A DNA stretch of 64,000 nucleotides from Okamejei kenojei. Lineage: Eukaryota. A program made the translations under genes and the position numbers. Numbering within the stretch: the first letter of the stretch is position 1; the number at the start of each line of letters is the position of its first letter. Below, in pieces: positions 12,413-25,900 of the stretch. The stretch covers positions 8,680,001 through 8,744,000 of the forward strand of contig CM069145.1 in NCBI GenBank assembly GCA_035221665.1, in the 5' to 3' direction. The notes below the pieces were generated by a model. The model saw only the letters and a list, made by a program, of their open reading frames with translations. It searched no databases and was not told the DNA's origin.

Positions 12413-13400
12413 AGAATGATCCCACGAATGAGTAGGTTAACCTATGATGAGTGTTTGTCGGCACTGGGCCTGTACTCACTGGAGTTTAGGAAAGCGAGGG
12501 GGGGACCTCATTGAAACATATAGAAAAGTGAAAGGCTTGGATCGAGTGGATGTGAGAGGATGTTTCCACTAGTGGAAGAGTCTAGGACTAGAGGTCATAG
12601 CTTCAGAATTAAAGGACGTTATTTAAGGAAGAAGATGAAGAGAGATTTATTTAGACAATAGACAATAGACAATAGGTGCAGGAATAGGCCATTCGGCCCT
12701 TTGAGCCAGCACCGCCATTCAATGTGATCATGGCTGATCATCCCCAATCAGTACCCCGTTCCTGCCTTCTCCCCATATCCCCTGACTCTGCTATTTTTAT
12801 GAGCCCTATCTAGCTCTCTCTTGAAAACATCCAGAGAACCTGTCTCCATCACCCTCTGAGGCAGAGAATTCCACAGACTCACCACTCTCTGTGAGAAAAA
12901 GTGTTTCATCGTCTCCATTCTAAATGGCTTGCTCCTTATTCTTAAACTGTGGCCCCTGGTTTTGGTCCCCCCCAACATCGGGAACATGTTTCCTGCCTCT
13001 AGTGTGTCCAAGCCCTTAACAATCTTATATGCTTCTATGAGATCCCCTCTCATCCTTATAAATTCCAGTGTGTACAAGCCCAGCTGCTCTATTCTCTCAG
13101 CATATGACAGTCCCACTATCCCCGGAATTAACCTTGTGTCGTGTGCACGTATCAAGTAACCAAGTACACGATCGACTTTAGTCAGAGGGTGGTGAATTTG
13201 TAGAATTCTTTGCCACAGAAGGTTGTGGAGGCCAAGTCAGTGGATATTTTTAAGGTAGAGATAGATAGATTCTTGATTAGTACAGGTATCAGAGGTTATG
13301 GGGAGAAGGCAGGAGAATGGGGTTAGGTGAGATAGATCAGCCATGATTGTATGGCGGAGTAGACTTGATGGGCCGAATTGCCTAAGTCTACTCCTATCAT
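12413..13400 (+). mobile_element. CR1 fragment (+) with a nested younger CR1 (-) at ~12655-13137
   Basis: Host copy breaks at ..atttatttag| and resumes at tttagtcagagggtggtg; nested copy has an (agacaat)n tail and ORF 12748-13155 (RMRGDLIE..RGHSLRI). Confidence 0.85.
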
Positions 13401-15074
13401 CTGTAGTTCCTTGTTTCTAGTTATTTCATGGTTTAGAACCATTGTTAACATGAATGTTAATTTACAGTTTTATCAGAGTTTTACTTTTACAAATAATCAT
13501 AATCATAATAGTAATTTATTAGCAAGTATGTTTGCAACATTTGCCATACAGTCACAATAAGAGGGTATAAACTCCACACAGCGGAACATCCACCACAAAT
13601 GGTAAAAATATTCAGACTTTCATAGCTTAAACTTTACACTAATTAAAATACTTCAGCATTTAAATTCATCACATTTCAAACATTAAATAATTCCCATTAC
13701 TTTTGAGCATATGATGATTTTTTTTTTGAGGGGAGGTTTCCCATATTTTTAGTGAGCCCAGAATGTCAGGATTGTAGATATAAGCAAAATGCATCAAGGT
13801 AAATAATGCAACACTTGGATATTGGATCATATTTCCAGTTTATAATGGTGTGAATTATATAGTAGATTTATGTCAACACTACCATTTGGAATCCAGCACC
13901 AAGCAGTGATATCATATAAAATGACTGGCATTGTTATTAGTACAGTTTATTGAATGCTTCACTATTAATCATCAATAGTACAACATTTCACCTTCATTTA
14001 CATTATACAATGAAAGGAATTAAAAGGGTCATGCAGCGGTTAGTGTTCCTGTTTCACAGCTCCAGGGATCAAGGTCAGATACAGACTGCAAGGAAATGTC
14101 CCTGTAACTGTGTTTTGCTTCCTCTGGGTGCTCCGGTTTCATCCCATATTCCAAAGAGGTGTCGGTTGATATATTTGCTACTACGGATTATGTTTTGGTA
14201 TAGATCAGTAAAAAGAGGTACTGATGGGGGTGTGAGACGGAATATGTTTCAAGGCTACGGGGAAATAAGGAAGGGAGGGTTTGGGGGTGGGGAGGTGGGG
14301 GGTGGAACAGATTGACTTTCTCTGCTGAAAGCTAGCATGGACACAACGGGCTTTATGGCCTCATTTGTGCCGTAGCGAATACATTGAAACTGTTGAAATA
14401 TTAGCAGGAATCCCAGGTAATTCTGTCTAGACCAATGCTTCAGTGAAAGCAATCGTGAACTGGCAGCACCAAATTAAATGACCTCATCCTTTTGAGAGGT
14501 GAGAAGATCTGTACCATGTACGTAGGCATGAGAACATCCGCACAACACATTTTTAATGCACAAAGACCAACAAAAGAGGAAGATGTCACCTATCCATTCT
14601 CTCCACAGATGTTGTCTGACCCATTGAGTTACTCCAACATGTTGTGTCTATCCAACTAAAACGGCATTGTTTTGGTATGTGATATTGTTTTAAATTCCGA
14701 CCATCCACTTGGCTCACTGACCTGGACCTTTACTTTCTCCTCCTTCTCTTCTTTCACCATCACAAATCCTCCCTCTCCGAAGCACAAAGAGGAAGGATGT
14801 CAATATAAAAGAAATATGAAACTGTATTCCAGAAAGAATCATACCTTGGCTAGAAGAGGTAAATAATTTACAATATCTGGATTTCAGTTCACAGCTTTTT
14901 CAGTCGTTTAGGACTTGTGATTCTATCACTTTATGGCCATGGTTAACTAACATGGGGCAGAGTCTTACATGGTGAATATGATGAAGAATCTGCTGGTTAA
15001 TTTACATCACTATTGCTATCATGAATTGTGTGCATTCTTTAAGAACTGTAACTGAAACAAGTAGATACTTAGAG

Positions 15075-15665
15075 ACATAGAGAGATGCAGCGTGGAAACT
15101 GGCCCTTCGGCTCAACTTGCGCACACCAGTCAACATGTCCCAGCTACACTAGTCCAACCTTCCCACGTTTGCTCCATATCCCTCCAAACCTGTCCTATCC
15201 ATGTACCTCTCTAACTGTTTCTTAAACGTTGGGATAGTCCCAGCCTCAACTACCTCCTCTGGTAGCTTGTTCCACCCATTGTGTGAAAGAATGACCCCTC
15301 AGATTCCTCGTAAATCTTTTCCCCTTCACCTTAAACCTATGTCCTCTGGTCCTCGATTCATCTACTCTGGGCAAGAGACTCTGTGCATCACCCCGATCTA
15401 TTCCTCTCAACATATTATACACCTCCATAAGATCACCCCTCATCCTCCTGTGTTCCAAGAAATAGAGTCCCAGCCTGCTCAACCTCTCCCTGTAGCTCAG
15501 ACCCTTTACTCCTGGCAACATCCTCGTACATTATCTCTGTACCCTTTCCAGCTTGACAATATCTTTCCTAGAACACGGTGCCCAGAAATGAACACTATAC
15601 TCTAAACGCGGCCTCGCCAACGTCTTATACAACTGCAACATGACCTCCCAACCTCTATACTCAAT
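15075..15665 (-). mobile_element. CR1 LINE 3' fragment (second subfamily)
   Basis: ORF 15246-15521 LSYRERLSRLGL..RRMRGDL..RTRGHRFKV. Confidence 0.85.
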
Positions 15666-16049
15666 ATGTGTAGGAAGGAACAGCAGATGCTACATTAAAC
15701 CAAAGATAGACACAAAATGCTGGAGTAACTCAGCGGGTCAGGCAGCATCTCTGGCTTTAAGGAATGGGTGATGTTTCGGGTTGAGACCCTTCTTCAGACC
15801 TTCCTGAACTTTTACCGATTCTCAGCAGTTTATTTTACTCCTCCTTGCAAAGTTTTCAGCTCCAGCTGTTTAAGGCACGGAGCATATAGTAAAATAACTC
15901 CCTAAATTGAATGAAAATATCCTTAAAATATTTATGAGTAAAATTCCCTTTGACAATAAGAGGTTGTTGATGCTGTCTTCAAAATGGTGTGTGTGTGTGT
16001 GCGCGCAGTTTTTCTGCTGACAGTTCAATGCAGAACACCTATAGTGGGT

Positions 16050-16265
16050 CTGAAATAAAGTGGGGCACTGCTGACTAATGAGGCCCGGCAAAGGCTACAG
16101 GCACAGAGCAACAGCATCTATGAAAAGACCCATGGAATTAGCAGGATCATTATTGTTCATGCCAGTGGGCATTTTGGAGCAGTACCTCAGATGGCTGAGC
16201 TCACCAGCAGCCTTCCAGGCTATTCGCTATCTGCTGCGTGCTGCAAAACTTTGTTATCCCAAGAC
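16050..16265 (+). pseudogene. Degenerate PIF/Harbinger (HARBI1-like) DDE transposase C-terminal fossil
   Basis: Across frameshifts: (W)LMRP..TEQQH/YEKTHGISRIII.HA/VGILEQYLRWL...ICCVLQNFVI, resembling the Harbinger pattern WLMTP..YN..H..TR..IE..GILK.RFRCL...CC.LHN. Confidence 0.55.
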
Positions 16266-16821
16266 CTGAACTCAAGGCCAGATCAGAATGGAGGTGCAGA
16301 GCAAGAGGATGCAGCTGCAGTTACACATATGAAGCCAGGAGAATTGATGTACCACCACTCAACCTAATGCATTCAATTTACTGTAAGTTCCCCTTTAAAC
16401 AACAGTGCGCAACTCAGAAAATCGTAGTTCCCTCGGTGCATCCCTGTTTTGTCTCTAATACACAGAAGCGTGCAGACATATGTTACTTAACAGTGCTTCC
16501 CCCTCAGTATTTTGTAACATGTAATTCCCAATCTGTGGGTAGTCAGTGGAAAGAGAATGTGTGTTGTCATGCTTCAAGGTTTAAGTGAGAACTGGCTGTA
16601 ATTCAAGAGGGAAATTAAATACTGAAAACATTGCAGCTGGAACAAAGGAGTGAGTTCGTGTGAGAATTCTTGAAATGGGTTGGAGAATGGAAAGTTACTG
16701 GATTCGGAATATGTGAAACAATGGTATCTTTGGAGAGGAGGAGGAATCAACAGAAAGGTTTCCTACGGCACTGTGGTTATTCCTGGAGCTGAACGCACTA
16801 GGATCCATTAGAAATGCGCAG

Positions 16822-17045
16822 GCAGGGACTGCAGATGCTGGTTTAAACTGAAGATAAACACAAAAAGCTGGAGTAACTCAGCGGGACAGGCAGCATCTCT
16901 GGAGAGAAGGAAGGCATGGGTGACGTTTTGGGTCAAGACCCTTCTTTAGTCCGAGGAAGAGCCTCTACCCGAAACGTCACCCATTCCTTCTCTCCATAGA
17001 TGCTGCCTGTCCCGCTGAGTTACTCCAGCTTTTTCTGTCTATCTT
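16822..17045. mobile_element. Head-to-head inverted pair of Penelope-like hammerhead repeats
   Basis: Arms 16855-16950 and 16950-17045 are reverse complements of each other. Confidence 0.8.
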
Positions 17046-17732
17046 AGAAGCTGGATCAGGAATGTTAGGGATATGTTGCTTTGGCAACCAGTACAAATTC
17101 TAGCACCTCATAGACTGCCACAAAAAGTGTAATGAGGTCAGAATATTGACTAAAGTAAATGGAGACTCGGTTCTGTGTTCACAGCCTGAGTGACTGATCA
17201 GAGCATGATTCAGTCTCTTGCATGTTGTACTAGTAACTGTCTGACTTCATCATTTTGTATGATGTGTGCAACTGATATAAATTCACATCATAAACATTCA
17301 CGTCTTGGCCAGCTAGAAACACCAGTGCAATGCATAGTAATTGCTAACTCGTTTTATTATTCTATGATTTATTCCAGAAAGAGAGAAAAATTGAAATTAT
17401 TTTGAATGTATTATCTGAGACACCATCTTTATTAAAATCTATTAATATGCACAGAAGTCACAGAACAGCTGGGGTGCGTAGATCCAGAAAAGGTTGGAAA
17501 GTATAGTTCTGCTTGAGCATCGCTCACATGCCCAACAACACATGGACACAATCCACAGCAGATGTTCCAGTCATCAGAGACAAGCAACCATTTTAAGCCA
17601 TGACTTACAGAAGAGCAGAATATATAGGGAGCAGTTAGCAGACTTTTCCAACCACAATGAACTAACTTTTATGAGCAGTTTGTGGATGTTTCAGAACACT
17701 GTTGTATCTGAAATTACATCAATAATACTTGG

Positions 17733-18045
17733 GTGGTACAGAGGCACAGCTGGTAGAGATGCCCCCGCGCAGTGCCAAAGACCTGGTTTCCATCCTGACC
17801 TTGGGTGCTGCCTGTGCAGAGTATGCATGTTGTTCCTGTGACTGTGTGGGATTCCAGGCGCTCCAGTTATCTCCCACAAGCCAAGGATGTGTCGGTTTGT
17901 AGGTTAATTGGCCTCTGCATATTGGCCTGACGTGTAGGGAGTGGATGAGAAAGTCTGATAACTGAGAACTGTTAACCCTAACAGGTTGGTCGATGGTGGA
18001 CCTGGTGGGCCAAAGGACCTGTTTCCATGCTGTATCTCTAAAACG
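17733..18045 (+). mobile_element. Diverged tRNA-derived V-SINE
   Basis: Collinear with the copies at 10672 and 56150. Confidence 0.7.
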
Positions 18046-18294
18046 AAAAAAAAAAATTAAAAAATTCTACTGATTAAAAAGAAAAACACTGGATGAACTG
18101 GAAGTCTGAAATAGAAATAGAACATGCTGGAAATACTCAGCATCTGAGGAGAGAAAAACAACACAGTTAACATTTCAAGTTGATGACCTTTTGAGTTGTG
18201 ACAAAAGGTTTTCATTTTAAAATTCAAATTCCATTACTCACAACACAATGTTACCTGACTTGCTGAGTATTTCCAGCACTGTCAACATTTACAG

Positions 18295-19115
18295 AAAACA
18301 CATTGCTGGAGGAACTCAGCAGGTCAAGCAGGAAAATGGACAGACATTTTTTTTGAGAATGAGAGTCAGGGGAAAGGGAAACGAGAGATATTGACGGTGA
18401 TGTAGAGAGATATAGAACAGATGAATGAAAGATATACAAATAAATAACAATGATAAAAGAAACAGGCTATTGTTGTTAGCTGTGTACAAGGTGAGAACGA
18501 GTACTGACAATGTGACTCCCAGTTCGCAAACACATTAATTCCCCTTCCCATTCCCACACTGACCTTTCTGTCCTAGGCCTCCTCCATAGTCCGTTGCCAA
18601 ATGAAAATTGGAGGAACAGCATCTCATATTTTTCGCTTGGGCAGCTTAGAGCCCAGTGGTATGATTCTTGATTTCTCTAACATGAAATCCCCTCTCTCTC
18701 CGTCCCTCCCCCACCCAAGTGTTGCCAGCTTCAAAGTAGTCTTATTGAGTCTCATTGGCAGAAAAGTCAGTGTGGGAATGGGATGGGGAATTAAAGTGTT
18801 TGGCAACAGGTTGTCTGCACTCGTCTTCACCTAGTTACACAGCTAACAATGACCTGTTTCCTTCATCATCCTCACTTTTTTGCATATCTTTCAGACATTT
18901 GTTCTATTTCTCTACAACACCACCTATATCTCTCGTTTCCCTTTCCCTGACTCTCAGTCTGAAGAAGGGTCTCAATCCGAAATGTCACCTTTTCCTTTTG
19001 TTCAGAAATGCTGTCTGACCCGCTGAGTTACTCCAGCTTTTTGTGTCTATCTTCGGTTTAAACCAGCATCTGCAGTTCCTTCCTACAGACAACGTTTTGA
19101 GTCGAACCCTTCTGC
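18295..19115 (+). mobile_element. Penelope-like element 3' fragment with GIY-YIG C-terminus and inverted pLTR
   Basis: 18530-18685 encodes H.NSPSHSHTDLSVLGLLH..KLEEQHLI/FRLGSLEPSGM..DFSN (PLE GIY-YIG tail); hammerhead motif at 18959; inverted copy at 18304-18520. Confidence 0.78.
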
Positions 19116-20253
19116 AGCCTAATAAAATAGAGGAAATAGCTGGTAGGAAGATCTGAGGGGAGGGGTTGGGGGGGGGGGGGGTATCTGTCAAATGATAGGT
19201 GATAGGTGAATCCAGATAAGGAAGGGTAGATTGGTAGATGCATCACATAGGACAGAGAGAGGCAGAGAAGGTAACCAAGGCTGGAGGTGATTGGTAGAGA
19301 AGACAAAAGAGTGCAGATGGTGGAACCTTACAAAAAAAGAACATGATGAGTGACATGTAGAACTAGAGGAGGGACATTTTAATATTTGTATTGTATTTGA
19401 ATCTGAATGTCCAAAATAAGACGATGTATAAAAGAAAAAAATGTCAATTTCACAGTAACTTGATGAATTTGACCAAATGTTTGGTCAATTGTGCCTGTGA
19501 TGTTCTTGATTGCAGATAACACCATGTTATCTCATGAATCCAATGTGAGGTGGTGCATTTGGCAGTACTTTCCAGTGCATACTCAATGCATCTAAAGGAG
19601 TTGAAGGAAGGGCGTTACTCCCTCTCATCTTCTGAGAACGTTCTACAGATGCACGACGGACAAGATCCTGGTTTGGTAACAGTTCTGCCCCACCCTACAA
19701 AAAATAGCTGAGATTTCTGGATGTAGGTTAGAACTTCACATAAACCAGCCTCCACACCGTTAACTCCAGCTCCTTTTCCACCCCGGCTGTTCGCTCTTCT
19801 CCCATTTTCCATTGGGTAGAAGTTACAAAAAGTTGAAAGCGCAAACTTCTTCTTCCCCACTATTATCAGATTCCGGAACAGTCCGCCCACCAGCTGGGGT
19901 GTTGTCCTGATTTCACAACCTACCGCCGTTGCTGACCTTGGACTTTTCCTCTGTAACTGTAATGCTTTAATTGCTGTGACCCCATATTCTGCACTCAGGC
20001 ATTTTCCTCTTTGCATGACCTGTTGTATTTGCGCGTGGCCAACAAACAATGTAGACAAAAAATGCTGGAGAAACTCAGCGGGTGAGGCAGCATCCCCGTC
20101 GAGACCCTTCTTCAGACAGATGTCGGGGGCATGGCTTGATTACTTTGATTTGACTGCATGGCACACAAACAAAGTTTTTCACTGTATTTTGGTACGTACC
20201 AATCATAAACCCATTCCAATAACAGTATTGTACTTCAGTGTTACGTTTTAAAA

Positions 20254-22226
20254 GTTCAGTTCGGTTCAGTTTAGTTTATTGTCAAACAGTGAAAAGCTTT
20301 TGGTGCATGCTGGGAAGAAACTGTCCCTGAATCTGGAGATGGGCGTTTTCACACTTCTATACCTTTTGCCTGATGGGAGAGGGGAGAAGAGGGAGTGACC
20401 AGGGTTCAACTCATCTTTGATTATGCCGTTGGCGTTGCCGAGGCAGCGCGAGGTATACATTGAGTAAATGCAAGGGAGGGTGGTTTGTGTGATGGTCTGG
20501 GCTGCATTCACAATTCACTGTAATTTCTTGCGGTCTTGGATGGAGCTGTTCCCAAACCAAGCTGCGATGCATCCTGATAAAATGCTTTCTGTAGAGGTTG
20601 GTGAGAGTTGTTGGGGACATATCAAACTTCCTAAGCCTTCAAAGAAGTAGAGGCATTGGTGTGCTTTCTTGGTCATTGCTTCAATATGGGTGGTCCAGAA
20701 GTTGCTGGTGATATTGACTCCTAGGAATTTGAAGTTTTCGACCATCTCTATTGGGGCATTCGCAAACTGGGGCATGTGTACCACTTCACTTCCTGAAGTC
20801 GATTACTGTCTCCTTCGTCTTGCTGACATTGGGAGAAAGGTTGTCGTCTTGACACCAGGACACGAGGTTCACAATCTCCTTCCTGTACTCCGTCTCATCA
20901 TTATTTGATACCCGGCCCACAATGGTGGTGCCGTCTGTGAATTTGTAGGTTGCATTAGGTTTGTACATGGCTGCACAGTGGTGGGTGCACAAGGAGTAAC
21001 GAAGAGGGCTGAGAACACATCCTTGTGGTGCACTAGTGGATTATCGTGGAGGATGATTTGTCATCTAACCTCACTGAATGGGGTCTGTTGGTCAGGAAGT
21101 CGAAGTTCCAGTTGCAGAGATGAGAGCTGACACTAAGTCCCGTGAGTTTGCTAATGAGGATGGTATAATGGTTTTAAAAGCAGAGCCGTAGTCTATGAAT
21201 ATAGAGCTGTAGTCTCTGATGTATGTGCCTCTCTTCTTCAGGTGTTCCAGGTATGAGTGTAGGGCCAGGGCGAAGGCATTGTCCATGGACCTGTGGTGGT
21301 GGTAGGTGAACTGCAGTGGGTCAAGGCCGCTGGTTAGGCTGGATTTAATGTGTTCCATAACTAGGCTCTCAAAACATTTCATGATAGTAGATGTCAAGGC
21401 CACTGGATGGTCGTCGTTTAGACACGAGTTCTTGCTTTTCTTTGGCACTGGGATGATGGCGGTCTTCTTGAAGCAGTTGGGTATCTCCAAATGGAGTAGG
21501 GAGAGATTAAAGATGTCCGCGAATATTCCCACTAGCTGGGCCGCGCAGCTACTAAGCACACGGCCAGGAACTGTCTGGGTCAGTTGCTTTCCGTGGGTTT
21601 TCCCTCAGGAAGGCCTTTGCTAACCTTTGCTACAGTCGCCCTGGGGAGAGGCCCACTGGAATCTGAAGGGCCAGGTGTCACCGCCCTGTTGGCCTTCTGC
21701 ACAAAGCGAGCTTAAAAAGCATTCAGTTCATCAGGGAGGGTTGCACTATCACCAATAATGTTGCCTGACCTTGCTTTGCAGCCAGTTATAGTATTCAGAC
21801 CTTGCCACATTCTCCATTGTCCGAGTGATTATACTGGGATTCAAGTCTGACCCGGTATTGTTTCTTGGCATCCTTGATAGCTTTGCGGAGATCATAGCGG
21901 CCCTTCTTGTACCTCTTGGGATCGTTTGACTTGTGTGCAGCGGACCTGGGCCTTGACTTGGGAATGTACCTCGCGGTTCATCCATGGTTGGCTGGGGAAC
22001 ACTCGGATTAACTTCGTCGGCACACAATCTTCCACACATTTGCTGATGAAGACATTCACGGCAGTGGCGTAATCAGTTTGGTTGGCTGCGAAATCCCTGA
22101 ATATGGACCAGTCCATTGGCTCAAAGCAGTCGCGTAAGATGCCATCCGTGTCCGTTGACCAGCATTTCACAACTCCCTGTACCAGATCCTCCTGCTTCAT
22201 TTATTGTTTGTAGGCGGGGAGTCTCG
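20254..22226 (-). mobile_element. Rex1/Babar-clade LINE, 5'-truncated and frameshifted
   Basis: CAAQLVGIFADIFNLSL..FKKTAIIPVPKK..PVALTSTIMKCFE, LDPLQF, KFTDGTTIVG, SKTKETVIDFRK, FKFLGVNI; (ctgaa)n tail at 20254-20275. Confidence 0.88.
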
Positions 22227-22975
22227 TCATTCCAATGTTATGCAGTAACAGGTGAATGGCCACCTATTCTCTACCCAGTATAATATAGTGACAGACCTGT
22301 GCCGACCAGCACTGTACTCCTGTGTTGCACTGTTACAGATAGTTCCCCAGTCTGTAGCTGTCCCACTAGTCCACCAATGCAGTAATCGAGAGGTGTACTG
22401 TGGGCAGACAAAAATGCTGGAGAAACTCAGTGGGTGAAGCAGCATCTGGCGAGATCCTTCGATTTTTCTAGCAAATGCAGTTCTTTCTTAAACAGAGATG
22501 TACTGTGATTATTTTGTGCCCAGTATTTTGGTGCTGTACAATGACAGACCTGTGCCTGTCAGTGAGTTCTGAGGATAGAGATAGACATTCGATGTATCCC
22601 AAGGACATGTCCCAGATTTAGAAACATAGAAACATAGAAAATAGGTGCAGGAGTAGGCCATTCATTCCCTTGTGCCAGCACCACCATTCAATATGATCAT
22701 GGCTGATCATCCAAAATCAGTACCCTGTTCCTGCTTTCTCCCCATATCCACTGATTTCATTAGCCCTAAGAGCTATATCAAGCTCTCTCTTGAAAACATC
22801 CAGTCAATTGGCCTCTACCGCCTTCTGTGGCAGAGAATTCCACAGATTCACAACTCTCTGGGTAAAAAAAGTTTTTCCTCATCTCGGTCCTAATTGGCCT
22901 ACCCCTTATTCTTAAACTGTGACTCCCTGGTTCTGGAATCCCCCAACATGGGGAACATTTTTCCTGCATCTAGCC

Positions 22976-25900
22976 AGACACCTTAAGGTCTTCACTACTT
23001 TATTAATCATACATCATATATAGCCCTAGCTGTACGTGGTCTGTCATGATCACTAGAGAGCGAGCTAGGGGCGTGTGGGTTACAATTATACTAACTGGTG
23101 GGGGGGTGGTTAGCATGGACATCGTCACTATCAATTAAAGGTGTATACACATATCATCTACATCCTTCCTCTACCAAAACAAACAGTGAGTGACAGGGCG
23201 ACCATGTCTCATGCGCTAGGGTAAATGCAAACAGTAAAGCACAGGAATACAGAATCACACGTAATCGCTGTAACGGACCGGCGGCCTGACCAGGCGACCA
23301 GACCGGGTCCGCACCTTGCCATCACCTCCTTCCCCGACGGAAACAAGCGGGGACGCCGGGGCATGGTGGGGGCTACGGACAGGAGAACCCCTTGGCGACG
23401 AAGGCATCGGGGTGGACGGCGAAGAGAAGGACGAGGAAGCCGGAGAAAGCCGCAGCCGGGAGGCGGACAGGAGGAGGACGAGGGGGGGTTGGCCCCAGAG
23501 GATCGGGCAAAGCACTGGGCCGCGACAGTGGCAGCGGGGGGGCATACGGAGCCGCCGGGGGAGGGAGAGGCTCGTTCATGAGCCGGAGATGCTGGTGGGA
23601 CCGGCGGTACACCCTTCCATCATGGTTGACAAGGTACGAACGAGGGGAACCGGCAGAACCGACGACCACGGCCAGCTTGGAATGGCCAGAAGTGGACCTC
23701 ATACGGACGACCTGGCCGGGGAGAAGAGGGCGGAGGACACGGCAGGACCTGTCGTGGGAACGCTTCTGGATACTGTGTTTTTGGGCAATGCGTTTCAGGA
23801 CCAAGGCAGGTTTAAAGACGGAGGGGGACAGGGACTGCTGAGACACCGGGACCATGGGCCTCGTGACTCGGGACATGAGTTGCTGAGCCGGGGAGCCCAG
23901 GGCATGGTCGCGGGAGATGTTGCAGAGGTTCAGCAGGGCCAGGTAGATGTCGGAGCGGGATAGGCGGCAACGTTCCAACAATCCTTTAGCACTGCGGACC
24001 GCGCGCTCGGCCAGTCCATTGCTCTGTGGGTATTCCGGGCTGCTGGTGTAATGACGAAAGTTCCATCGTTCGGCAAAAGCGCGGAATTCGGCACTGGTGA
24101 ACTGGCTGCCGTTGTCCGACTGCAGGCTGGCCGGAGACCCGAAGGTGGCAAAGTGGCGGCGCAACTTCTCGATGACCGCGGAGGAAGAGAGGGAGTGGAG
24201 CTGGTCAACTTCAAACCAGCTGGAGTAAGAGTCGACAAGCATCAGGAAGTGCTTTCCGTGCCATTCGAAGATGTCGGTTGCTAGCGCAGACCATGGCAGG
24301 TCAGCAGCTGGCTGCTGCAGGAGCGGCTGCCGCTGTTGCTGTGGAGCGAGGCTGTTACAGGTAGGGCACGCGGAGACCCTATCCCGGAAGTAGCGAGGCA
24401 TGTCAGGCCAGAAAAACTGGCTCTGAGCGACTGCAAGGGTCGCCTCGGCCCCGGGATGGCCACAATGAGCGGTTTCGAAGTATTGTTCTCGTAGTGCTGC
24501 GGGCACCACCACCTTGTGCCCCTTCACAATCACACCATCACGCAGCACCAACTCGTCACGAACCAAGAAGTAAGGCACCGCTGCGGCCGGCAGGGAAGAA
24601 CGGCGGTCTGGCCAGCCTGCTTGATGATCGCGGCCAGCTGCTGTAGCGAAGCGTCAGCCGCCGTGTGCTTGGCCAGGGACTTCAACTGACTGGAGGGCAC
24701 GAAGTTCACGCCCAGGACTATCAGATCGGACGTCTCGTACGGATGTCGGGTTGTGGATGAGAGAGGCGCCCAAGACAGCGTGTCAGCAACAAACATGTCC
24801 TTGCCCTTGCGATAAACCACTGTGAAAGTGCGGCGTTGTAGCTGGAGCATCATGCGCTGGAGCCGGGAGGAGGCCATGTGTATCGGCTTGTTGAGGATGG
24901 TGACCAGAGGCTGGTGGTCCGTCTCGACAGTGAAGCAGTTGCCCAGGATATAGTCTTTGAATTTGGAGCAGGCAAAGACAACAGCCAGCAGCTCTTCCTC
25001 AATCTGGGCATAGTGTTGTTCAGCGGTCATCATCGTGCGGGATGCGTAGGACACAGACAGTTGCACCCCGTCATGGATCTGCAGGCAGGCGGCCTCGAGG
25101 CCAAACTTAGATGCATCACATGTGAGAACGATGGGGCGCTGGAGGTCAAAGTACTTCAGCGTTGGCATGCTGATCAGCTTAGATTTGAGGGTGTCAAATG
25201 CTTTCTGGTGTTGCGGGAACCAGGCCCAGGCAGTGTCCTTTTTCACCAGATCCCGCAGAGGGGCACTCAGTTCGCTCAGGTCGGGGATGAACTTTCCCGG
25301 GTAGTTGACCATGCCCAAGAAGCGCTGTAGGCCAGGCACGTCAGCAGGTGCAGGCATCTCGGATATTGCGGCCGTCTTCTGCGGGTCGAGCTTCAGCCCC
25401 GATGCAGTGAAGACGTGCCCCACGTAGGTGACCTCAGGGACCCGGAATCGGCACTTCTTCGGGTTGAGCTTCAGGTTGACCTCCCGGGCCCGCTGCAGCA
25501 CCTGGCGAAGGTGGTGGTCGTGCTCAGCGACATTCTTCCCATAAACCAGGATGTCGTCGACAATGATGGCACACGGAAGTCCAGCAAACAGTTGTTCCAT
25601 GGTCCTTTGGAACACCTCACTGGCAGAGTTGATCCCAAACGGCATGCGGAGGAAGCGATACCTGCCGAAGGGCGTGCTGAAGGTCATCAGGTGCGAGGAT
25701 CGCTCGTCTAGAGGTATCTGCCAGAACAAACTCTTGGCATCAAGAACCGAGAACACGGTGGCAGGGCCGACCTGTGCAGCAACATCCTCCACCGTCCGCA
25801 TGGGATCGTGTGGGCGCCTGATGGCCAAGTTCAAGTCCTTAGGGTTGATGCGGATCTGTATTTCGCTCTTGTCTTTCTTCGCAGCGACAACCATAGTAGA

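Noticed and set aside
16059-16367. About 100-codon stop-free frame as a nested gene exon
   Set aside because: No convincing splice sites; better explained as a frameshifted Harbinger transposase relic.
17470-17670. Possible ancient GIY-YIG/PLE coding remnant (HAQQH..ATILSHD..R.YRE)
   Set aside because: Similarity too weak to support by eye.
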